In this document: positions 12,501 through 24,284 of the stretch, piece by piece
Numbering within the stretch: position 1 is the stretch's first letter
How the letters are laid out: the number at the start of each line of letters is the position of its first letter
From: Octopus bimaculoides
Taxonomy: Eukaryota
Length of the DNA stretch: 64,000 nucleotides
Direction of reading: 5' to 3'
NCBI RefSeq assembly: GCF_001194135.2
Contig: NC_069008.1
Location: 10,381,086 to 10,445,085, forward strand
Program-made: the position numbers and the translations under genes
Notes under the pieces: model-generated
Database searches by the model: none
The model's input: only the letters and a program-made list of their open reading frames with translations
What the model was told of the DNA's origin: nothing

Positions 12501-15500
12501 CACATCATGAGCAGTAGCTTGTCTATGTGTCTGAAAAGAAAGGCTTTCAACCAGTGTATGCTGCCTACCTTATGTATGCATTAGAAACAGGGGCTACCAA
12601 CAAGAGCATTGAAAATAAATTAAGATCAATACAAAGAACCATGGAAAGGAGAATGCTGAAGATTAACAAAATGAATAAGTGGAGAATCAACAGAATAAGA
12701 TTGGCAACAAGTTTAACAGATATTATTTGGAAAATAAAAATCCTCAAATGGTCTTTCGTGGGACATGTGTTTAGAAGAAAGAATAATAGATGGAATAGAA
12801 AATTGACAGAATGGACACCGTCTCCAGGAAACTGAAGGAAGGGAAGACCATGCAGAAGTTGGAATGAAAATTTTGTTAAATTCTTCAGCACTTAAACATG
12901 GATGAGGAAAACACCAGACTGTAGTTGGTGGAGAGAAACAGTCCATGAGGAAACTCCCTCCCCCATCCCCCATTTTTCTTTACTTCAAGAAATAGAAGGA
13001 ATATGTTTTCATCATTATTTCTATTTAACATACATTAAGGCTTTATAATATTTAAATCTAATTCAGATGAAATATTTATGCTTACATTTTTGGATTGAGG
13101 AAAAAGGACTGATATTCCAAGCCTTTTCATTTTGGAACCATTTTCTCCATTCAGTTTCAGGAGGAATTTCTTGCTCTTGCTTGCACCTGCATTGTATATA
13201 ACAATTACATCAAAACTTTGTGGGTCTCTCTGTTTATTCTCAAATGTTCCACTAGCTTGAATGGTGCGACTGGGAGTTGTGAATTTTAACATGATCTTAA
13301 GAACAGCACCAAAATCTAAATGCATCTCTCCAATAAGCATCTTGGTGAGTTTGTTTAAATCATGACTAGAGATATCTTGAGGTAAGGTCATTGCTCTTGG
13401 AGATGCTTGAGGTATCTTGATCCAAACGAATAAGGATGATTTGTATGGAAGGTGAATTTGAATTAGTTTCAGGTAAGCATTTTTGAGGCTGACAGCAAAT
13501 CGATCACTGCTCTTTTGACCAGATATCAAACTTGATCTCTTTGCTTTGTTGTTGGTAGTGTTGATGTTAATGTCATCAAAGTAAAGAAACAAGGTAGTGG
13601 CTGTGGAATTCTGATGGAAATAGACACTTTGCTTTTGCTTTGTCAAATCAGCTTTTACACTGATCTTCTGATTGCTAATCCACTCAGCAGTGACAAACAA
13701 GATATTAGTTTCACTGGACTGTTCCTTTATATTGTCTACAAGATTATCAGATCTGTGGTAATGTTCTCTTAGTGGTTCCATGCCTTTTTTGTGTGGACGT
13801 GTATCAAGACTGAGATGAATGTCATACTTAAGAACTGGTATATATGATGAGTCAACAACAACAATTCCTGACAGACCATGGTCTGGACATGTGATATAAA
13901 CAGATTTCCTATTTTCATATTCATTCAGCTCTGAGAACTCATAAAGGACAATGAAATGTTGAGTGCAAGTAGAGTTGATGCTGAACATAGCACTTATATT
14001 TTGTTGATCTTTCAAATCAATATTGAAATTAAGAACTATGTGGATACTGGACCATTCTCCAAAGTTACAAATCTTCATTTCTGAATTTATTGGTGAATGA
14101 TTTTGAATCTTAAAATCCAATTTCTTTGATTTACCTGGTTCTCTTGAATTGATTATGAATAACCTATATATCAAATGATGGATTTTCATGTGGATGTTTA
14201 CTTTTTCTTCATCTAACTGGTTTAGGTATGACCCGGAGAGAACGAAGAAAATGCCATCATAAGCAATTTGGTAGGTGACACGAGACACTTCTTTGTTATC
14301 ATTATTAAAAAGCCAGAAGATAACAACCTTGATATTAGAGGTTGTTAATGAAATATCTACAGTTTTAGAATTTATGAATTTGTCTGAAATTGAAATACCT
14401 GCTTTGTATACTTCATCATCTAGTCCGACTTTTAAGAAATACTGAAATTGTTTTGTGCTCCATTTCTTCAAGGAACAACTGAATGAAATTCTTGGAGCCA
14501 TGTTAAATGCGAAATTAAGCAACAGGTCATCATACTTGAATGTGTATTTCAAATTCAATGAAATTGGTTCGTGTCTTCTGTTATAAACCTGTGTGAATAA
14601 TGTAAGCCCAAAGTCATTGTTACTCAGAAAATACTGATTCAGGGTGAGGCCTATTAATTCATTTTCATTGTGTTTCAGGTTGCTCCTAATCATCTTAGAA
14701 ACTCTGAAATCAGTTTCAAAAGAAACCATGAGTTGGAGACTTCTCAAAGACTCATATGGAGTTTTCATTTTGATGACAGCTTCACTTACACGACCCTTCA
14801 CCAAACTGATTTCAAGATACGAGGTGTTAAAGTATGGTAGAATTTTTAAGAACCCCATTGATGTTAAAGACCTGTCATTGATCTTATAATAAAAATTTAA
14901 AGCAACTTCACTCAAATATGGATTATTTCCATTCTCTGCTCTTAGAGATATATTTGCAATATCCTTTGCATCTGTTATATATAAGCTTGTTTTAATTATG
15001 ATGGGTTTGACACCAGATATTTCCATATAACTTGAACCTGTATGAATCCCGCCTTTTTTATTATAAACTATTTTGAATGAACTATTTCTCATGAGTGTTG
15101 CCAAGAGAGCATGATTCATGATGTTTGTTTTGTGTATTGGGGGATGCCAATAAAATATTCCACTGGAAGTGAGCCGATTGGAGTCACTGTAAGAAAGATC
15201 AACACGGGCATGTCCTGTTGAGTCCAGCACATTAAAGTTAAGTCTTCCTTTGGAATCGTATCCATTGTCAGTTTTGGTGAATTCCACCAAAACATCTGCT
15301 GTGTGAACTCCACGGAGTTCTGCTGTTAGTTTGTTGACACTATTGTTCTGTGTTTTTGGTGATGTAAAGTTTAAAACGAAACTGGATAAATCATTTTTGT
15401 ATAATACCAAACTTGAACTGGCTGCATACCTCAGTTCAATGCCATCAGGGTCAAAGGTTAGATTTTGCTCCATCCTCCGAAAAGTTGAAGTGAATGACCA

Positions 15501-18500
15501 CATAGAATGGTACTTACCATTCAACCAAAAGTGCTTTCCAGTAATATCAAAGTTTGTCTTGTTATAGGGATCATTTGAGTTACGAAAAATTAACTGAAAT
15601 AATTGCTTGCTGAAAACAGCAACAAATAACAAATTCTGGTTTGTGCTCTCAGTCTGGTTCACAACCAGTTCCCATGAAGAGCCTTCAGGGTTGATTTTGT
15701 ATCTCAAAGAAGACTCACCAAAGTAACTGATTTTCTTCTTCAAAAACAGCCCACTATCTGCATTTAGCTGCAGTGAGGCCTTGTAGTGATCCTTTGTGTT
15801 CAAGAATGTTGAGCTAAAGTTTGCTGTTCGTCCACTAAAAGTATGAATTTCATTATTCATTTGGTAAACAATGCTGCTGTAGTTCTGAAAGGTTGTGTAA
15901 ATGGTCAGTCTTTGACCCTTCTGCCATTGAACTTGTAAATGGTTTGTCAGCTTTGTTGGCACTGTCTTCTGTTGAGTGAGTTCTTCTAAGAATAAAATTT
16001 CCTGATTATGAGTGGAAAACAGAACTGCAAAAGCTAAAGATCGAAAGTACTTTGTTTCTTTGTCAACAAAACTCAGAGAGGTATTTAGTACATTTCCTTG
16101 TGCAGTTGTAACAGTTAAACTATTTCGGAATTTTCTTGAAAAACTGAATGAACCAGAGATATAGCTGGTATCAGCTGTAAATTCAAGCTGCTGCAAAAAG
16201 CAAAAGAAACAAGATGATTAATATAAGAAAAAAATAGTTTCAGATATTTCAGATATAATAATGATAACCCAGAACTATTGAATTTCAGTATTATATTTTT
16301 CATATTTTGGTATTCATCAATATATTTTACATCATGCTGTTAAGCTCTCTTGAGAGTTTCTTAGCAATAGATACATATACATATACATACATACATAGTC
16401 CAAATACATACAAGACCACCCACATACCACAACGAACCTTTTGATTGGTGAAAATTAATGAACATCCTTCTGTTGAACATTCTTTACTGCCAATTTTAAT
16501 GCTATTTCACCTGAAGAAATGAACACATGAACAAAGATCCATGGATATTACAAATTGTATTGTAATCATTCCAGGAATGCAGACTTATGGTCACAAAAAA
16601 CGTGATTTGTGAAAACGGGCATAGTGATGCATTAAAATATTTATAAACTCCATACTTGGATTAGTATTATTATTACTACATATATCCTACATTATATCAG
16701 CACAACTCAGTACAATCCCTTAAAACTGCTGTTGCAAAAAGAGACTGATAGATTAAATACCAGACTTCAAAAAAGAAAAAAAAAAATTATAACAAGTGTG
16801 GCCATACTGGGGCACTGCCTTGAAGAGTTTAGTTGGAAAAAAAAAATCAACCTCAGTATTCATATTTTATTAAAGTCTGGTATTTAATCTATCAGTCTCT
16901 TTTTGCCAAATTGCTAAATTACAGGGTGTAAACAAACCAACATTGGTTTTCAAGCAATGGAGAGACAAAAATGAAGACATGTGTGTGTGTGTTTGTGGCA
17001 AAAAAAAAAAAAACTGATAGCAAAGTTCTAGGCTTAAAAATAAATACTGGTGTCAATTTGTTTAGGTAAAACAAATACAAGACAGAAGAGAAAATGTATG
17101 TATGTATGATTCTATGTGTGTGTGTGTGAATGTATGTATGTATGTAGTTGTCTTACTAGCAAGAAAGCAACAGTACTTCTCCCTGGCACAAAACCAAACT
17201 GCCTCTCATCGGGCCTAATTTTCTTCCAAATTAAGCTATAACTATTTTGGTAACTTTCAAAACCTGGTTTAGCAATTTGATATCTCTATAATTACTTCTA
17301 TATAAAGCATCTCTTTACCCATGTAACAATTAACCATAGTGCTGCTATGAATAGCATTGGGTATGACACTTTCCTGTCCAACCTGATTAACTAATGACTG
17401 TTTAGGCTGCATCCTTCTTCACCAAATATTTTAAGCATCTCAGTGGTGATTCTTGATGGATCAGGTATTTTCCCTGCCTTCATATCCTTAATTGCTTTAC
17501 CTATCATATTACTGTAGGATAGCTGGTCCCTCTGTTTGATCTGCATTGGGAACCCTCTTTCTCCCATGTATTCTTTGCATTTAAGTATTTACCTAAAAGC
17601 AATCCCTTGGATTTGGCATGAGTCAACCTGGAGAAAGCCTTCAATAAAGTCCCTTGCTCTGTGATCTGAGAGTCACTGAGAAAGCTTAGGGTACACAAAT
17701 GGCTTGTGAAAGCCATACAAACTGTAGAGGGGTGTTGTTAGTAAGGTGAGGGTTAGCAATGAGGACAGTAATGAATTCTGTGTACAGGTAGGAGTACACC
17801 AGGGTTCAGTTCTCATTCCTCTCCTATTCGTAATAGTCCTCTCAATTGTAATAGAGGAGTTTAAGACCAGTTGCTCTTGGGAACTACTATATGCTAATGA
17901 CTTCCTTCTTATAGTGGAATCTAGCAGAACTGGAAAAAGAATTCCAGGTGTGGAAGCAAAACTTTGAATCAATGAGCCTTAAAGTTAACATTGTAAAAAT
18001 CAAAATTGTAGTTGACAAGAAGGTAGATAAGACTGTCTTCCTGTCAGGCAAATGGCCCTACTTCATAAGTAAAAAACGTGTTGGAAAGAATTCCATTTGA
18101 TGTACCCAGTGCAAGCTGTGGACACTTAAGAGGTGCAGTGGAATCACAGGAAGATTAACAGGGAAAGTATGTTGCAGATGTGTAGAAGCAATAAACACTA
18201 AAAATGCATGAGAAACAAATTTTCTGGAATGCCCAGCAGGTTCGCTAGAGATAGAAGATATGATCTAATTAACAGTGGAAGAGAATGTCCTGAAAGTATA
18301 GTTGTTAGAATAAGAACAAGATAATATTCCGAGAGCTATTACCTCTGTTAGTAATGAAAGGTCTTTCAGTATGAAAGGCAGATTGTATGGTGCTTGTGTA
18401 TTAATAACAAGGCTACATGGTAGTGGGCTCTGAGTGTCGAAAACATGGGAAGATTAGAGAGAAATGAAGACTAATATGCTCTGTATGATGTGCAATGTCA

Positions 18501-21500
18501 GTGTGCATACAAAGTCCAAATATGTTAAAAGAACAATTGTGTGTAAGAGGAATCAGATGCAGTGTGCAAGTGAGAAGATTCTGGTGTGGTTATGTGATAG
18601 AATATGGATGAGAAAAGCTGTGTATAACAAGTGCCAATTACTAAATATAGAGGGAACTTGTGGAAAAGGAAAACCCACGAAGACGTGGGATGAAGTAGCA
18701 AAGACTGATCTTAAGATGATGAGTCTCATGGAGGAGATGACAAAGGATTCAAGATGATTGATGATTCACGGTGCTTGGGAAGAGCCATGTGTCTCAACAA
18801 AAGTGAGATCCTAAAAGCATTTGATTTATATTTATACACTCACTAAGCCTACACCCACACCCAATCTGTCCTCCCATCAAGCCTTTCGCCTTCCTCATCT
18901 TATCAAAACCCATCCCTCCATAACTCTTCTAACTACAGCACTATTCAGCTGCTGTAATCATGAGAGCAGAATATGCACATATTTCTTCTACCTTTCTGTT
19001 ATCAGTTACCTCCTCTTCTCCTTGGAGGCTCTTACTTTTAAAATCCTTCCCTTATTCTTAGAACCATCACTTCCACTTTATTTTTCACCAAACATCTCTT
19101 TAGTGCCTCTAGTTATCTCTTCTTTTCTTCTGAGATACATGTTAGGATTGTTATTACCTTATCATTAAAACCTCTCTTATCTGTTTTCATTCTCATCACC
19201 CTATCATATCTGTTGTCAATGGCCTAACATCCACTTTTGTCCCTCATTTACTCACTATAGTCATCTATGTGCTTGGCTTTGTGGTTAGGATATTCAGCTC
19301 ACAACTGTAATGTCATGAGTTCAATTACCAACAGTGTTTTAGTTGACATTGCCCCATTCTACTCAGCTGGCAATAGTGAGTAGTATATGTGTTTCAAAGG
19401 GTCAGCCTTGTCACATTCCATCATGCTGAATCTCCCTGAGAACTATGTTAAGGGTACACATCTCTAGACCAGAGTTTTCCAACCTGTTTTCCTCCAGGCC
19501 CTACAGTAACTTTTCAGAAAAATGTATGCCCCACTAATATTTGAAAAAAATGAACTTTATATTTAATATTTCATAATTATATACTTTCCTTAAAGATATA
19601 TCCACATTGGGGAAATGGAATAGTGCTATACTGTAGCAAGCAGTCTTCACAAAGTATGCTTGGCTGGAGGGATTGGTTTGACTAGGGTGAGTATAGATGA
19701 AGTATGTTTGCTGTGAAAAAAAAGATTTTCACAGTTCCATGTCCCACAAAAGAAAAACACAATTTGGATCCCATGCTCTACCACAATCTTCACAGGCCTC
19801 ACGTTGAGAATCATCAGTCCAGACTCAGCAGATATATAGAATAAAACAACAATGCCCTACCTTACTAGCAGTATGAAGTGAGACACTATATCTCATGGTT
19901 CTTGTAGAATTTGTTGCCGTACAATTGTACAAAGATTGAAAGTTGATGAAATGATTGTCCTTCGGAACACCATACTTTGTCTTAACTTCAATCTGCCAAC
20001 CATCACTCAAACTGATAATGAGTTGCCCTTGAGTAGTGAGTGCAAGTGCAGCATTTTTCTTACTGGAAAACTGCCTGCAAAATGAGTTTTTAAAATCATT
20101 AAATAATTAAATGTATTAATTAATCCTACAATAACAATGTTAAATTTGTTATTTTTTGTTTTTTCTACCAGCACACACACAAACACACACACACACACAC
20201 ACACATAGACACACACATTACAGCCATCATCATTGTTTAATGTCCTTATTCAGTGATGGAAGAGATTGATAGGATCTGATGTCTCCAAAGATTGTTTTAT
20301 ACTCCAGCTTCTGCTTTGCCATGGTTTCTATGACTGGATGTCTTTCCTAATGCCAACAACTTTACACTATGTGCTGGATGCTTTTGTATGGCACCAGCAC
20401 TAGTTAGGTGACCATGCAGCCTGCAAGACTAAGATCCCAAGTGACAGAGTGGAGTTGCAGAGATTAGAGAAGCTTCATGCTATGGGATGAGAGGCTAAAG
20501 TGTGAGAAAATGGCCCAGAACATGTACACAGACACATATGTATTTATATATATGTATGTATATATAACAAGCAAATTAACTAGTTAGAAAATCTCTATAA
20601 GAGATGAAAGCAGTAATTATACCGACAAGTAATATTTATTGTCACTTCAGTGTCCACCACTGAGGATGAGCACAAACAGCTCGAAACTTGACAGTCTGGT
20701 GGTTCTGTCATTGCTGGAAGATGGTGGTGGTAGGGGGTTCACTCCCCTGCTTGCAATATATATTGGGTGCAGATTGCATTGATAACCAGCAGGAGGAGGC
20801 ATCCTCCAGCAGTTATAAACAGTAGTAACGTTGGTTCCTATGGAACAGCCATGTTGAAGTAGCAATAAGTATATAACAATTATTTTCTGTAGTCTTAGGA
20901 TCTGGAACTCGAAAGAAGAAGCTTACAAGCAGATGCAATTCAATGGTTGTTTATTTAGTTCTCATTCACGGGGTTCGCTCCTGGCGACCATCTGTATGGC
21001 AGCGTGTAGTTCATTATAGCTCCGTTCTGACTCAAATGACTCAGCGGAAATATCTACTGTTGGAATGGCTTCAGGCCAATGAGAGAAACAATCGACGCAT
21101 GTCAATATGTAAGAGAACCTGCGACTGACCGGCCATGGTCCAACCAGATCAATGCGGATATGGCGAAAGCGAGTCTCCAGCAGAGAAAACTGTCCAAGAG
21201 GAGCGCGAATGTGCCTGTGGACTTTAGAATGCTGGCATTTCACACAAGAGTGTGCCCAATCGGTGATCATTCGGCACATATTAGGCCTGAAAAACCAAGC
21301 CGTAATAAGCTTCGTCAATGCAGCGATACCAGGATGTGACAGTGAATGCAAGGCATCAAACACAGAGCGCTGGTGGTTCTCAGGTACAAATGGCCTGGGA
21401 GAACCAGTAGCTATGTCACAAAGGATTGTATCTTCAGCAAACGGAAGTGGAAGATAGCCAAACTTGCAACAGGACAACTTGGTAGAAGTTAAATCCAAAG

Positions 21501-23290
21501 TGTCTAGAGCTGGTTGATCCTGTGCAATGGCAGTTAAATTGATTGCCGCAGGAGATGAAAGGGAGCACACAGGAAGACGAGAAAGTGCGTCAGCAGGCAC
21601 GTTCTCTGTTCCAGGTATGTGCCGAATGTCAGTCGTGAACTGGGAAATGTAGTGCAGGTGACGAAAAGCACGAGGCTTGTGATCAGTATAAATCACAAAA
21701 TCTCGGCCCTCGAGTTGATGTTGAAAGTGACGAACTGACAGGTAGATCGCTAAGAGCTCTCGATCAAAAGTACTGTACCGACTTTCAGCTGGCTTTAATT
21801 GACAAGATAAAAATGCCAAAGGCCGAGTTTGATTGTCAACGGTATGTTGTAAAACAGCACCAACCGCAGAATCTGATGCATCAACTGTTAAAGAGACGAG
21901 CATCAGGAGCTGGATGTGCAAGCAAGGGAACAGAAGCTATTTCCTTCTTAATTGACTCAAACGAAGATAATGCTTCAGCAGATAGGGTGATAGGAGCATC
22001 TCTTTTTGTATTTGCTTTCAGTAGATGAGTCAAAGGAAGTAACTTGTCTGCACATTTATGTATGAAGCGTCTATAGAAGTTGACGATTCCCAAAAAGTGA
22101 CGCAATTGGCATAGAGAAGTGGGAGGTGAGATGCATTGAAATGCATCAACTTTGGAGGAGAAAGGTTGGATTCCATTAGAGTCGATATAATGACCTAGAA
22201 ATTCCAGAGAGGCCTGTCCGAAAACAAACTTATCGGGGTTGATTTGCACATTGTAGGTGTGAAGACGCTGAAAAAGTTGAGATAAGTGTTGGAGATGATT
22301 TTCACTCGTGCTGTTAGCTATGAGCAAATCATTGACGTAAGCGAACACAAAATCAAGTCCACGGACAACTTCATCGATAAACCTCTGGAATGTACTCGTT
22401 GCATTCCATAAACCGAAGCTCATAAACAGGAACTCGAAACTTCTAAAGGGGGTGGTAAGGGCAGTTTTGGGAATGTCATCAGTGTTCATTGGAATCTGAT
22501 GATAAGCCCGGATGAGGTCAACCTTGGAAAAAATGGTACAACCATGCAAGTTCGAAGAAAAATCCTGGAGGTTCCTTATTCATGGGATTTGCGTCCTGCA
22601 ACCATCTGTAGGGCAGCGTGTGATTTGTTATAGCTCCGTTCACGTGAGGTACATTACCTCTGGAGATAACAGGTAAAGTTAGAGCGGGTTAAGAATACGC
22701 TGTGAGCTGCCAGTTTGCTGTGTTGCTCAGCGTTAGCATGAACGCAAGAAAGAGGATCACCTTAATACACGTCCTTAAATAGATGTTGCCCACGAGAGCC
22801 TCACTGTGGTCTCACGCATGGCAAACATGGTTGTAGGTGAGATCTCGCTCTTGTCTTGGACATGTTAATGGCTGCCGGCAAGATCTCCCACAAAATGGCG
22901 CTGGCTTCTTGTGTCACACTACAAACATTACTTCTCAGTTTAGTTACTATTTTCATCTCTTTTAGAGGTTTTCTAACTAGCTACTTTGCTTGTTGCAAGA
23001 TCGGTCACTGAGTGTCACTTATTTTTCTATAAAATTGCAAGCTGGAGCAAACTACTGCTATCTCTAGCGGAGGGTGCTCACCACTGAGTATGAGCACAAA
23101 TAGCTTGAAACTGGGTGGTCTAGTGGTTCCATTGTTGGTGGAAGATGGTGGGAGTTTGCTCCCCTTAGTTGCAATGTATATCAAGTGCAGATTGCATCAG
23201 TAACCAGCTGGAGATGTCCTCTTGGGGTTAAAAATGGTAGTAACGTTGGTTCCTATGGAACAGCCATGTTGAAGTCACAATAAACATTAC

Positions 23291-23385
<95 letters not shown>

Positions 23386-23838
23386 AATTTAAATATAGGA
23401 TAAAATCTTTATAAGAATTTATCAAGTAGTTAGCGTGAAAAAACCTCATACGAGAAAAATTTATTAATTATTCCCTATAAATATATCTATTTATATTAAG
23501 GGCATTACTATACATAAATGCCTCACGCTAGGAGGGACTCTTAAAGTCAAAACTACCATAATAAACACATAGTACCGAACGTGAGGGAATGCAACTTTTG
23601 AAGCGAGCCTTTTAAAAGGTTTTAAAAGGCTCACTTCAAGAGTTGCACTTCCTCGTGTTTGGTACAATGTGCTTAAAAAGACTCCAGCAAATAAGATCTG
23701 AAGAAGGAATTCTAATTCCGAAATATCATCGGACTATAAATAACCAAGTTACAACAGGTATATAGTCCATTTTTTGTTCTATAGTGCATTGTTATACCTT
23801 TCTAAAGTTTTTATTCTTTATAAATTAAAATATATATA

Positions 23839-23878
<40 letters not shown>

Positions 23879-24227
23879 TTATCATCATTTAACATCTGCT
23901 TTCCGTACCGACATGAGTTCAGTCTGTTTTGGCAGATCTTTATGGCTAGATGCCCTTCCTAACATCAATCACCTTACAGAATAGACTGAGTGCCTTCTAT
24001 GTGGTACTGGTATCAGTGAGGCGTGTTTTCTCATGGTTTTTACAGCTGGATGCCCTTCGAAACACTGACCACTTTACAGTGTGGACTGGATGCACCAGCA
24101 TCGGCGGGGTCATCAAGCAATTTTGAGACAGGGAAGCATTGAAGGAGCTGGCCTTATGCCAAGTGATGAGAAATTAGTGTGAAAGAAGGATAGAAACAGG
24201 TATCTTGCTGTAGAGGAGATACATGGT

Positions 24228-24284
<57 letters not shown>

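Noticed and set aside
20654-20868. Ribozyme repeats interpreted as the Gypsy LTRs
   Set aside because: The Gypsy has its own TGTAG...CTACA LTR next to a PBS at 22607-22923. The ribozyme repeats lack TG...CA ends and are on the opposite strand.
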